From Octopus vulgaris (Eukaryota), in contig OX597817.1 of NCBI GenBank assembly GCA_951406725.2, positions 21,266,001 to 21,330,000 of the forward strand: a DNA stretch of 64,000 nt, written 5' to 3'. Made by a program: the position numbers and the translations under genes. The notes below the pieces were generated by a model. It had not been told where the DNA came from. It ran no database searches and saw only the letters and a list, made by a program, of their open reading frames with translations. Below, piece after piece: positions 37,327 to 51,300 of the stretch. The number at the start of each line of letters is the position of its first letter. Position 1 is the stretch's first letter.

Positions 37327-37552
37327 CCCTTTAGCATTCAATCCGGCCATATCTGGCCAAAATACTTAACCTGTTTTATATTGAAACTGACCAGATCTCG
37401 CCTCTCACCTCAGCCCTACCATGTCATTCTATAACTAAAAAAAATCATATCACTGAAATCTCTAAATTACAAAATAATGCATGATTAATTCGAGACTGTA
37501 TAAATAAATAAACAAACATCACATTTGACAGAATAATCTGAACACTAACGGG
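37327..37552. mobile_element. piggyBac-like MITE with TTAA TSD
   Basis: TTAA at 37323-37326 and 37553-37556. Termini ccctttagcattca and reverse complement cccgttagtgttca match at 11/14. CCC...GGG ends with a TTAA TSD are typical of piggyBac. Confidence 0.75.
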
Positions 37553-38091
37553 TTAAACAACCAATAACAATAGCTAAACTTTATGCAATGGGAAAACATT
37601 ATTTAGTATAAAGTTTAGTATATAGCCTTTTTCAGCAGTTACGTCTCCATATCTTGTAGGGGTTAATCCAATCAAGTGTATTGTATAAAATGACCCATCC
37701 GTTATCAATCAATCTAATTTCCCATAGTCGATGACGTTGGTAGTATCCTTGGGTTAATGTAATGTGATAATTCTGAAGTCATTGACACAGAAAAGGATTT
37801 GTAAATTAAGAGGGGATCAGCAGGCCGCTTTACGAATGTACGTACAGGTGATACCAACATTTTGTCAAGAGAAGTTAACGAATTACCAGCTCGGCTATTA
37901 TGAATCGTTTGATGTAATGCAGATGTTAAATAAATCAGTTGTGGGATTTGTAAATGTCTTTTGATACTTTCAGCTTCATCTTGTGATGTAACCTATTACG
38001 GTTTTATGACAGTCATTTATTAATTTCATGATGATTAAGTAGATGGTCATCAAATAATTGCAGACAGCATATATGCATATAAGGATACATG

Positions 38092-38128
<37 letters not shown>

Positions 38129-38323
38129 ACATACATACATACACACACACAAACACACACATACACACATATATATACACACACACGCAGACATACACAC
38201 ACACATGAAGTACTCGCCCGCCGATGACGACGTATGAGCGTTCAGCTTTCGCCAAACAACCTGCACAAATGATTTGTTCATAGTTAACAAATGGATGTCT
38301 TGTACATAGTCTCTCTCTTTCTT

Positions 38324-38354
<31 letters not shown>

Positions 38355-38404
38355 CTTTCTCTCTCTTTCCCCCCTCTCTCTCTCTGTCCGTCTCTCTCTC
38401 TCAA

Positions 38405-38576
38405 TGAAATCGACGTTGCCTGGACAGGTGCATAGTATAATACGCACCAGCGGTCGAAGGGATCGCACAGCAACATGAGATGGAGTGTTTACCTCAAGAA
38501 CACAAACACTAGCCGGTCTACGTTTTGAAACCACGATCTCGCGATCATGTGTGTGATATCCTATTACCATGCATCC

Positions 38577-38578
<2 letters not shown>
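38405..38578 (-). mobile_element. Old tRNA-headed SINE fragment
   Basis: The reverse complement has atgatcgcgagatcgtggtttcaaaacgtagaccggc...gtgttcttgaggtaaacac, related to the family A and 57829 heads. Confidence 0.5.
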
Positions 38579-38609
<31 letters not shown>

Positions 38610-38662
38610 TTCTCACTCAAGCACACGCACACACACATATACATGTCTGTGTATGACAATTT

Positions 38663-39068
38663 ATACTTTTCTACTCTAGGCTCAAGGCCTGAAATTTTGG
38701 GGTAGGGGCCAGTCAATTAGATCGACTCCAGTACGTAACTGGTACTTCATTTATCGACCCCGAAAGGATGTTAGGCAAAATCGACTCGGCGGAATTTGAA
38801 CTCAAAACACAAAGACAGACAAAATACCGCTAAGTATTTCGCCCGGCGAGCTAACGTTCCTTATTCGTTTACTGTCGACAAGGGGACAGACAAACAGATT
38901 AAGTCGATTATATCGACCCCAGTGCGTAACTTGTACTTATTTAATCGACCCCGAAAGGATGAAAGGCAAAGTCGATCTCGGCGGAATTTGAACTCAGAAC
39001 GTAGCAGCAGACAAAATATCGCTAAGCATTTCGCCCGTCGTGGTAACATTTCTGCCAGCTCGCCGCCT
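38663..39068 (-). mobile_element. SINE family B dimer bounded by a single 15-bp TSD
   Basis: Two B-box/core units; the first has the head and type-1 tail, the second has the type-2 tail. Exact TSD tgtgtatgacaattt at 38648-38662 and 39069-39083. Confidence 0.9.
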
Positions 39069-39387
39069 TGTGTATGACAATTTTTATGGCATGCTAAATA
39101 TAAAAGAAATCTCTGTTATCTTTCAAATTACAATATATTTTAATGAACGAGAGACAACCTGCCTTTAACTCCGTATCATACCTCTTCAGGTAATATGTGG
39201 TGAATTTTAATATTCAACCTTCATGTACTGATAAAAAAAAATCGCACATAGATGTATGTGGGGAAATGTGTGTGTGTGTGCGTGCGTGTGCGCATAGAAT
39301 GTTCATGAACGTCAACGCTCTGAAAAAGTCACATCACTTCATAAAAATTTCAATGTGTATGCCTGTATATTCGACATGTTAGATATC

Positions 39388-39952
39388 TTTTAGCTTTTAC
39401 TCGTTTCAGTTTTTAGACTCTGCAGCCAAGAGGGAGTACGACTTTGATGAGTTTTAGTGAAAGGATCGGCCTTAGGGTGAACTGGAACTTACTGTATCAG
39501 TTCTTTGAACCGAACCGCTAAGTTGCGTGTAAATATATATATATAAAGTTAATCCAAAGAAAACACACACACAAAAAAAAAAACACAAAAGAACACAACA
39601 ACGCGAGGACGTGGAACAAATATAGTATTATTGGACGCTCAGGAAAGAAGGAAAGCATGAGGGTTTAACGTTTCGAGCGGAGCTCTTCGTTGGAAACATA
39701 GGAGAAGGAAAGATCCAGAGAAGGGAAGACAGAGGAAAATAATCGCCAACGGTACACATATATATATGTACATACACGAATAGATATATACATATGGTTT
39801 CTTTCAGGCTTCTTTCTGCTTTCGTTTACAAGATCCACCCACAAGACTGTAATCAACCAAACGCTATATGAACAGACGCTTGCCTACGGTGCCACGCAAT
39901 GCAGGTGGAAACAGAACTGTATTGTTGGGAAGCGAATTTCCTGCCACATAGC
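39388..39952 (-). mobile_element. Old SINE family C copy interrupted by a Penelope-like fragment
   Basis: The 3' part (39388-39525, ttttactcgtttcagt...gaaccgctaagttgcg) and 5' part (~39795-39952, gacgcttgcctacggtgccacgca...ccacatagc) flank the insert. Confidence 0.6.
39545..39755 (-). mobile_element. Penelope-like terminal fragment with a minimal hammerhead-like core
   Basis: The minus strand at 39667-39693 reads CCAACGA-A-GAGC-UCC-GCUC-GAAACGUU. It is flanked by TA tracts and shares tttaacgtttcgagc with 57051-57065. Confidence 0.55.
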
Positions 39953-41119
39953 AATATATGTGCCTTATGTACATTCTACGGATGGAAATGTGCTCTCTAC
40001 GATATACCTACAAGACTTTTAGATATTATATCAATTATATATACTTATATACTTTGTTATTGTGGTGTTTGTTAAATTTTGTTTTCTGTGTGTGGGAGGT
40101 GTGTCTGTGTATGTGTGTATCTACTCTGTGTATCTACTGTATGTGTGTATCTCACCACTGTAATCACGCTATTAATTTCCTTATCCAAATCCATGATGTA
40201 AACTACTCTAGACTCCTTGATATAATGTCAGTCGCAGTTGTGTACCTTTATAGCCATGGAATATCGATAATTTATCACGATAATTAAGCTATTAATTATC
40301 TGTTTCATTTATTTTAGCTGTTAATATCTACAGAAAACTGTTGATCAGATCGATAATTGATCTTTGCTTTACGCTCTTCTCTTGAATGTGCACATTGACC
40401 AAAGTTTGATTTGAACTCCGGCACTCGTTCTTTTATCTCTCTGGTTACTGGTCTTGATGTTGTGTTGTATATAATTGTTTATACTTCGAATATCTGATCG
40501 ATTAGAACATAGATAAAATACGTAACCACTAATACAATCCAATCGGGAATAGTTTACACGGGGCCAAATTATCAAATGAGTTCGTTTTCAAGATGACACG
40601 GTGCAATTTTATGGAGGAGTTGGTGTCATTTCAGCAGAATCATTAACTTTGCACGAAATCATTCTGTGATGAGACCTTGGATGTGAAGGCCAGGAACAAA
40701 GTAACGCTAATGTTTATATCTCTTACTCGAGAATAAATATACGGAATAACAATCTAGTACAGGAAAATATTCATATTGGAAAACAATGTTATATTATCAA
40801 GTAAAATCAGGCAGAAAAAAAGAAATTATAAAGTGCGCAGTTCTATGCGCGGAACATTCGAAATTCTACCTAAACAAGAGAGGAAATGAAAAATAATTAA
40901 GTCCTGTTATGTGTGTGTTTGTGTGTGCATTTGTGTATGTGCATTTGTCTTACACTCTCTCACTTTCTACATATATATATATACATACACACACAAGCAC
41001 CTACCTACCCCCCCACACATACACACACACACACATATATATATATATATTTTTTCCTCTTTGCTTTCAACCACATTGTGGTACAGTAATCAAGTTTATT
41101 TTACTATGCCCGTGTGAGA

Positions 41120-41292
41120 GGATTTGGTATACTGATGTATGTGTGTTTACGTCCCAGTTACTTAGAGTTCGGCAAAAAAGACCTATAGAATAAGTACAAT
41201 ATTCACGAAGTATAAGACTTGCTGCCTATATTTTCGACGAGAAACTCTTTAAGGCTGTGCTTCATTATGGTCGAGGTTAAATGACTGAAGCA
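41120..41292 (+). mobile_element. SINE family C 3' fragment, degenerate
   Basis: gtgtgtttacgtcccagttacttagagttcggcaaaaaagacctatagaataagtac...aaatgactgaa matches the family C tail. Confidence 0.7.
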
Positions 41293-41349
41293 TTAAGGAA
41301 TAACATATATTTATATATATATATATATGTATAATGTGTATAATGTGTA

Positions 41350-41420
<71 letters not shown>

Positions 41421-41449
41421 AACAAAGAAAGATATATAGAGATAGATAT

Positions 41450-41501
<52 letters not shown>

Positions 41502-42475
41502 CGAGAGAGAAATAAATATATTTATATAAACAAACATATCTCTACACACACTGTTAAATCTGGTGCGATTCTATCACAATTATATCTGATTTATAAATGA
41601 GCGCGTCTGTGAGAGAGCTAATGCGTGGTTATGTGTGCGTTTGTGTGTGGATATGTTTGAGTGGTGTGTATGTGTAATGTTTGAATGTGTGTGCGTACGT
41701 TGGTCGGTACCAATGAAATTTGAAATATAGTGTGTTATATACCGGTAACATGCTGCTATCCTTGTTATCTCTTCAGGGTCAGCAGGTGAGGATATTAGTG
41801 TCTAACACATATGACGAGCGAAGCAAGCAAAGGATGAAGAAGATCTAGATATATGACATTTTACTTTTGGTGTTTCACATGACAGCGATCAATGATAGTA
41901 AAGGTCGATTTTGCTATTCTTTCATCAGAGTTTTATGAATGTACATCTGTTCGACCAATCAATTATTAATTTCCAGATACTACGCCTAGAGACAGTGAAA
42001 CACTCAAATAATCTACGCACACACACACTGGTATTGTTCTACATTTCATCGTTCAACGGAATACTGGAGTATTTTGAGATGGTCTTCCTATTCGTATTAA
42101 TGAACAGAATTGAACCAAGAAGAAATACTCTCTCTTCTGTCACTAGTCCGTATAAAATGAGTAGCCGAATCCGCAGCAAAACACACTACGATGTTTCACA
42201 GAAACTCTGCACGTTGTAACAATATAAAAGCATATGATGATTACGTTAGGAACGGGCCTGATATGTCGGTTCAAATACGGATTGCCCGTGAGTTAATAGC
42301 TACATTAACAACAGTAGGGTACAAACATAGACAAATAGAACTGCATGTACATACACACACAGAGACACAGACACAGGCACATACACATAGTATAAATGAA
42401 GGCGGGGCAAAATCGCAAAAGCACATGTTAAAACACACACACACACATATACATTCCTTTATATAAGTGTATACA

Positions 42476-42871
<396 letters not shown>

Positions 42872-43467
42872 CATATGAAAGAGTTCTTACAGACCTCTAA
42901 TTTGACAGCCTTTCCCTACCCCACTTTATTACAATCCTCTCAATTTTTCTTTCCTCCAGTCTACCTATATGACAATATTTCATTCTTTCCAGAGCAGGCA
43001 ACGCCATTATTATCTCGCGACAAACTAGCTTGGATTGAAATTCATATTTCCTTCTTTCATTTTTTTATCCTGTACTCCTCATCTTTCATTGGCTCTTCAC
43101 AATCTGCCCCATATTCCGAAGACTGATACTATCTGAAACGTAAAAAAGTGGGCTTTTCTAAGACTCTAAGTACTAACACAATAAATTGTATTGTGAAATT
43201 ATCTGAAGTAGCCTTGGTGTTTCCTTTATTTTATTCTCTTTACCATATTTCCCCTCTATCAAGATCTTGTATTTTCTCTTTCTCCCCATCACTTTTACTT
43301 TAGCTCTTTCTCTCTCTTTCTCTCTTTCTCTCTTTTTCTCTTTCTCTCTTTCTCTTTATGTATATATGTATGTATGAATGTATATATATATATATATATA
43401 TGTATGTATGCATATACATTTATATGTAAATATATGTGTATGTATGCATATATATATATATATGTAT

Positions 43468-43534
<67 letters not shown>

Positions 43535-44014
43535 CATGGTGAAATTGATTAATAATTAATTAATTTTACCCTCAATTGTTGTATATATATATATATATAC
43601 ACATTTATAGTTATGTGTAGATAAATAAACTAATACACACCGACAGGCATACACTTATATATTACGGAGACGTACACTGACGTTTATGCGTATGAGCATT
43701 TAAATATATAATTATATTGCTTTCAGGCGTGCGTGAATAAAAAAAGAAGTAATTGCCTCTTTTAAATACGTACCTGGGGAAAATTGACTTAGCAACTTCT
43801 GTGACGGGAAACCATTTCCATATAAAAAAAAAAGTACGCCGCATCTCAGATTATCATTACTAGCTAAATATATAATATTCAAATAGTTTCAAATTGTTAT
43901 TTGTCCTGCATTGCTCTCTATATTTTTCTCGTGCTCTCCATCTCTTTACAAACACACACACATACAGAGACACGTAATCGTGTATATCACATAATGTATA
44001 TGTATGTGTGTGTT

Positions 44015-44074
<60 letters not shown>

Positions 44075-44075
44075 C

Positions 44076-44106
<31 letters not shown>

Positions 44107-44178
44107 CAAATATGTATATGCAAAAATAGGTGTACCTTTACACACTCACATAGACACACACTTATACTCATATATTAC

Positions 44179-44477
44179 TGTCACCGTCAATGTCACCGAC
44201 CAGGCCATCAGCTGTTGCTACACATCGCGGGTCACAATGCGCTTCACATTGTTTTAGCCTTTAAATGACGCCACCCAGCTGGCTAAGCGAGCAGGACAAC
44301 AGAAGAAAGAGTGAGAGAAAGTTGTGACGAAAGAGTACAGCAGGGATCGCCACCGCACGGGGAGCTTTAGGTGTTTTCCCTCAATAAATACTCACAACAA
44401 CGCCCGGTCTGGGAATCGTAACAGCGATTCTACGACCTCGAGTCCGTTGCCCTAACCACTGGGCCATTGCACCTCCA
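44179..44477 (-). mobile_element. SINE with the family A head but a different 3' tail (family A2)
   Basis: ~44300-44477 matches the reverse complement of the family A head and body, while 44179-44297 is unrelated to the family A tail. Candidate TSD atac(t/a)catata at 44164-44174 and 44478-44488. Confidence 0.8.
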
Positions 44478-44944
44478 ATACACATATATAACTTATATAA
44501 TTCATCTATATGTATTTGTGTATGCATTTATATTTATGTAGACATGCATTATTTATAAACAGACACGCACGAATTCATACCCTTATGGAAACAACCGATA
44601 CCGTCCTACGATTTCATTGTTTGCATTCCAAATATTAACGAGACTATCTAGAGATGCGTACCAGTATACTTGGAGTCTGTGTGTATGTGCATTTAACCTT
44701 ATATACGTACACAATCACGCACACACACATATCGGTATAAAACGGATATACACTTGCGCATATATGTACATATACGTACGAATATACTTGTATATACATT
44801 AAGAATATATAATATTCTGCTGCAGATATATAACCGCAATTATGAGAAGTTAACCATAGCATTGTTATAAAAAATGTGCAAAAATTTATAAATATGTAAT
44901 AAAGACATAAAACCTTCCACAAATTGTTTTGCCTTGTATCATCA

Positions 44945-44985
<41 letters not shown>

Positions 44986-45490
44986 TTATATGTAAAATAT
45001 CATTTACGACAGACATTATTTTCTTAGTTGATGTTACTTTGGTTAAATGAGACTGTATCATAATCTTGGTCAAATTGACTCAGTATGACGGCAAGGTAGT
45101 GTAACGTTAGATACTGAAGAACATAGCTGTTATATTGTGCTAGGATATGCCCAGAAAACCTGTTTGAAATTTAAGTAAAAATGAGCAGCTCTTTAGGAAT
45201 AGTTTGTCCACTTAAGTGGGACTTTGTTTATTGTTCACCGGATGAATAAAACGAAAGTTAACCCAAGTAGGATTCAACCACAGCTTTTAAATAATCGGAA
45301 ATAATTTTGCAAAACATTTTCCCAGAGGCTTTTAACAATCTACTGCTCTGATACTCCTATCAATGGCACCTACTTATCTATAGTCAATTCCACCAATATG
45401 TGAATAGGTCAACTACAACAATGAAACTTAAAGATTGAGTCTTTGAAAGTGTTTCCATCACTTAAAAATACCAAATTAGGAAAACGTCCT

Positions 45491-45663
45491 AGGCGTATGA
45501 GTGGCTGTCTCGTAAATAGCTTGTTTACCAACCACATGGTTCCGGGTTCAATCCACTGCGTGGCATCTTGGGCAAGTGTCTTCTGCTATAGCCTCGGGCC
45601 AACCAATGCCTTGTGAGTGGATTTGGTAGACGGAAACTGAAAGAAACCTGTCGTATATATGTG

Positions 45664-45727
<64 letters not shown>

Positions 45728-45952
45728 TGTATTTGTGTGTCTCTGTTTGTCCCCCCACTATCACTTGACAACCGATGCTGGTGTGTTTACGTCCCCGTCA
45801 CTTAGCGGTTCGGCAAAAAGGGACCGATAGAATAAGTACTGGGCTTACAAAGAATAAGTCCCGGGGTCGATTTGCTCGACTAAAGGTGGTGCTCCAACAT
45901 TGCCGCAGTCAAATGACGGAGACAAGTAACAGAGTAAAGGGAGAGTAAAGAG
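45491..45952 (+). mobile_element. SINE family C, full length with expanded internal (TG)n
   Basis: Collinear with 29638-30055; internal microsatellite at ~45654-45740. Confidence 0.9.
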
Positions 45953-46734
45953 TTGTATATTATATGCTCACTGTATAATCATCTAGTCACATATATTTAG
46001 CAAGCTGTTGTCTTATATGCGTACAATGTTTTTCTGAGTTTTTCTCATTCTGAGAATATTTTAATGTTTTTGCTGTTATTCTGCAAATGAGCACTTTTTA
46101 AGTGAATAATGGTTCGAGCCATGACCGAGCTATTCTTGTTTGCTGCTGATATACAGGATATACGCTTGCTAATTGAACATATCTAATAAATAACCTAGAT
46201 AAGACGCTACAAGACAATAATTCTAAGTGTTATATTTGCTTTAATATTAAGCAACATTTCAAAACACTTATGTGTGTGTGTATGCGTGCGTGTATGTGCT
46301 TGTGTGTGTGCGCGTGTGTGTGTGTGTTTATGTGTGTGATTATATTGAAGTGCAAATCAGCAGCCTAATCAATCCTCTCTATGAACTTGGCAACATAGTT
46401 TTACTAACAATGTAACCACGACTACAATTTTTTTTTTTATATCTGTTATTTCTTCTTCAAAAGGTTTCTCTGTTTCGATCAAGCTTGGCTTTATTTATAG
46501 TTTATAGGAGTAAAAGAAGCACTGAGAAACTTTTTTGCACTGGCTCTGTATGTTTATACGCATGTACTTCTAGGTTATGTTGTGTTTGTTCAACGTAGGT
46601 CAGCTCAAATTAAGACTTATAACTGATAATTCTTAACCTAATTCACCAAAGAATCGAGGCCCAGAAACTTGTGAGAATTTCCGCGGGGTATAGTGGCTTC
46701 GAATATTTTGTACATACCCAAACAAATTTACACT

Positions 46735-46805
<71 letters not shown>

Positions 46806-48019
46806 ACACAAACACACATGTATACGTTTTCTAATACTGTATTACTATTAATCATGTAGTGCAATGTATGTATGCACGTATGTATGTATGCAGGCATGCA
46901 TGCCTGTATGTATGCATGTATGTATAAATGTTTCTATATATTTTGGTTTGCGTATACATGTGCGTATAGATATATACGTATACATATAAATGAAAATTTA
47001 TATGTGTATAAATGTGCGTGTATATATGCATGCACATGCGCTAATATCATTTAGATTACAATAAGTATTATTAAAATTAAACTTGATGTTTCTGTTCGAA
47101 TCAGCAGAGCCCGAAACTATTATTGAATGTAAGTAATTAGATTTCTCCCTCACTGTTTAGAGTTCAAATCATGCCAAGTGGATTTTACCTTCCATGCTAC
47201 TGCAGACAATAAAATATTTATTAATTTTCAATGGAGTCGATTCTCTTTTTTCTGTACCAGGACCGTACCCTACAAATTCTGACCTTTGGCTAATACTAGA
47301 AATAATTATGTGTGTGTGTGTGTGTTTGTGTGTGCGTTTGTGTGTGTGTGAGTGTACGCGTGTATGTGTGTGTGTATCTATATATACAATTTATATGTAT
47401 GATGTACATATATAACTCTCTCTTTACGTATGTATATCTATGTATATTATGCATTCATATATATATATATATACATTTGCACACACACACATATATATAT
47501 ATATATACACATTTGCATTTATTTATATATATATGCATTCATATATGTATATATTTATTTATATATGTATATTTTCACATATGCGTATATATAGTTCTCT
47601 GTTCACATACTGAGTTGTATCTAACCGTGCGTTTATGCAAATTAATGCATGTGTATTTATATGTATATGTCTACTTCTGTTTGTGTAAATCTATTGAACA
47701 TTTCCAAGATGTGAAAACCAATGTTCGATAAAGGTTTTATAACATTCCAAATATTATTGGTAAAGCAACTGAAAACCACAACACAAACAACCATCACTTT
47801 TTTCCCCTCTTTGAAAGAAGAAGAAAAAAAATATGATCTGTATGCATTTAAGTTTCTGTCAATATTTTTGTGGCATTCAATATTCCTTAACTTCGCTAAT
47901 CTATTAGCAATTGTTACTATCTTGATACTTTATACGCCTGCCCAATGATTTCTGATATTAATTATGTAAATCTTCTTAAAAAGGAAATAAATCTTATCTC
48001 AACATTTGATAAAATATAC

Positions 48020-48073
<54 letters not shown>

Positions 48074-48085
48074 GTTTGTGTGTGT

Positions 48086-48129
<44 letters not shown>

Positions 48130-48264
48130 ACACATATGTTTGTGTGCGGTGATATATGTGTGGGTGTATGTGAGAATGCGTGTGTTTTTATACATATATA
48201 TGTAAGTATGTATAATTGGATGGATAGATAGATGTTTTTATATATAAATACTTGTATATGAAGA

Positions 48265-48333
<69 letters not shown>

Positions 48334-48343
48334 ATATATAGAT

Positions 48344-48381
<38 letters not shown>

Positions 48382-51300
48382 GTCAGTCTTTCTGTTTATC
48401 AATGTATTTCTATATATGCATATATGTGTATGTGTGTGGACGTGTTAAGATCAATACTGTTACGTCTACGTTGATTTCTCTATCGATCTGCTACCTCATA
48501 TGCGAAATCGTACACTGGCATGTATTTATAGCTCATACATATACTCATATGTATGTAATTTTATGCGTGAGTGTTGTTGTGTTTCCATGTATACATGACG
48601 GAAACGAATTTTCCAAAATGAAATGCAAATATATATCTATACATGTACGTATCATTGTGTATATTGAGGAAGCAATATTATTTTTCAACGATGTGTATGT
48701 ATACGTGTCCTTGAGCTTGTGCGTCTGAGTTTCTATATATGTGTGGAGGTATCAATACATGGCAGCATGCATTTGCTAGCATTTACGTGTAACCACTCTA
48801 TCTGACATATTGCTGTATTTCATTCTCTGCGAATATTTTATATAGATTCTTGTTGTCTTTGAACACATGGTAACGTATATTACAGAATAAACTTTGCTCA
48901 CGAATTAATGAAGGTTTGCTTACTGGTAAACACCACCGATTTTCAAAATGCGCACATACAAGCATGCTCATATAGCTGCGAATAGAAAGAAAAGAGGAAG
49001 ATAAAGAAAAGCTGGAGATTACGAAAGAGTGAAAGAATGAAAGAAAGAGAGCTCAAATGTAAATGTATCGGCAGTTTCATGTAGTTTAAACGGCAGTAAA
49101 AGAGTTGCTATGTTGTGTATATATTTTCGAGATGTGTCATTTAATTATGTAAATGGGTTTTAAAAACTTATCCTGCAAGCAATTAACTTCGAAATGTATT
49201 GCAAATATTTTATTTACATAATCAGCGAATTTAATATATTCCCAAACTTTTAAATTTACCGTACCGCCAATAATGAACACCTGAGCCTCAAGCCGTTGTT
49301 AAAAGCTTGTATGTGATAGCTCAATTGTAAGAATTAACAAGAAAATATCTCTCCATTGCACAATCTGACTTTTAAATTAGGATACATTAGATATATTAAG
49401 CCAGAAGCAAAAGGGATGGATGCTTTGAAATTATATTAAATTTTATCATAGGTCAGCTTCATGAAGTCTAAATTGAGGCTAAATAACATAATGCTAGTTC
49501 CATTTAGGTTGTTTCTCACACATCTATTTTGCATTCCCGTCATATATTGCTGTTCCATAACCTTACTTCTACTGTTCCCGGTACTTCTACTACGAAATTC
49601 GTGTGAGATAATCTTGATGGGAATGTCATTGAAAGCTGATTTACTTTCCAGAAAATGATAATCTAAGATCTTTGTAAACTTAAATAGGGAATTCATTTTA
49701 TAAATCCTCGCCCCATTATTCATGTTTTAACCAGAAGATAATCACCACACGAATTTCAAATCGTAACGACTAGAAACTTTAGCTTATTCGAACGGATATA
49801 ATTCTACGCTGACAAAAATTCTTTGGTGTTACGAGAGCTAATGGTTTACTTAGAGTCGAAGGTCGAAGAATGTTACAGGAAAGGAAAGGGAATTCACTAG
49901 TGAGTTTTGTTTTATGTTTGGCTTCTTGTGGAAGAGTAAGTGTGGTGCTTATGTAGGGTTTACCAAGGTCCTCAGCCGCGAAGTTCATCCGAAAATATGC
50001 AACAAACTAAATATTGCTAAATGCAACTTAGTACACTGGTGCACCTACCATCCTCTCAAAAGGGAACTGTGCGTCATATAAAGAGAAGCACATTAAATAA
50101 ATGCATACCTAAATGTGAGAATCAAATAATATATGTATGGTTCTAAACTTTTCCAATTATTCATATTCAAATCTTAGCCATTCATTCAAATGTCGGTATG
50201 TTAATAATGGATCAAATATAATATTAGAGAGAGAGAGAAAACAAGAGAAATAATGATATAGAAATAGCGAATAGGAAGTGAGAGTTATTAACTACTTGAA
50301 CAATAATGTACCATGTACTGGAATTTTTTAAGTACAAGTTACGTATCATGTATTGACATTTAAAAATAAAACTGATGAGAGATTCTCACACTTCATATCA
50401 TCTTGAAAATTGAATCGTACTTATGTGTGGATGGTTAAGGAGGAGTGAAGAGAACTATCATTTACACAGGGTACTGTGTTGGTTGGAGATGAGAATATGC
50501 AAATATTTATTCAGATGGAAAAAACGTTGTTGATATAATTGTAACGTGGGAAGCACAAGGGCTGATAGCCTATGCATGAGACAGCTCTTCTCCAGTGCAG
50601 ACCTCAGTGGCATGATGTTACTGAAAATGTTGAAACGGCAGATTAGCAAAGAGTTTCTCACATCTGATAAAGTGTACTGCTTCGGTAATAATTTTTTGTT
50701 ACCTTCTCCGGGACTAGTGACCATTGGTCAATGATATAAAAGAGTAGAACACTGGTTGATATAATTCTATTAATTCCTTAGCGAAGAGGCAGAACGCGTC
50801 ATGGGTTTGGACAGAATATTTTTAGCAATTGTTTCTGCGACGTCAAGGATATTTCTCTCAATCGGGATAGAATACATTATACCATGTTTCAAAACGAGAG
50901 AAATATAGTAGTGTTAGAAATATAGTAGTGTTAGCCTAGTGTTTAATAAAAAGAAGTATATCTATATGTTCATTGGTTTTGTCAATTTACGTGATCAGAA
51001 ATATTTAAAATTTTGATGATAAAACAATTTTTCTAGTGAAATGTGAAAATATCTAGAGAGTAACTTAATCTTTATTTTAAGATTGGTATCAAAGTAGGCA
51101 TGAACTGTTGAAAACTCTGTAAGGATTCATAAAACCGACGCATTAATGCATTAATACCTCAGAATAAACCTTACTAATAGTCACTATTATGCTACTTGTT
51201 TATAGTTCGATATGCACATGCAGAATTCATGTCATTACCCAAATTAACAATACTATCAACCATACTACTAATGGTAATATCAATCATGTTTATTAATTGG

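Noticed and set aside
50372-50390. CTGATGA followed by a small hairpin
   Set aside because: No GAAA follows the stem, so it is not a hammerhead core.
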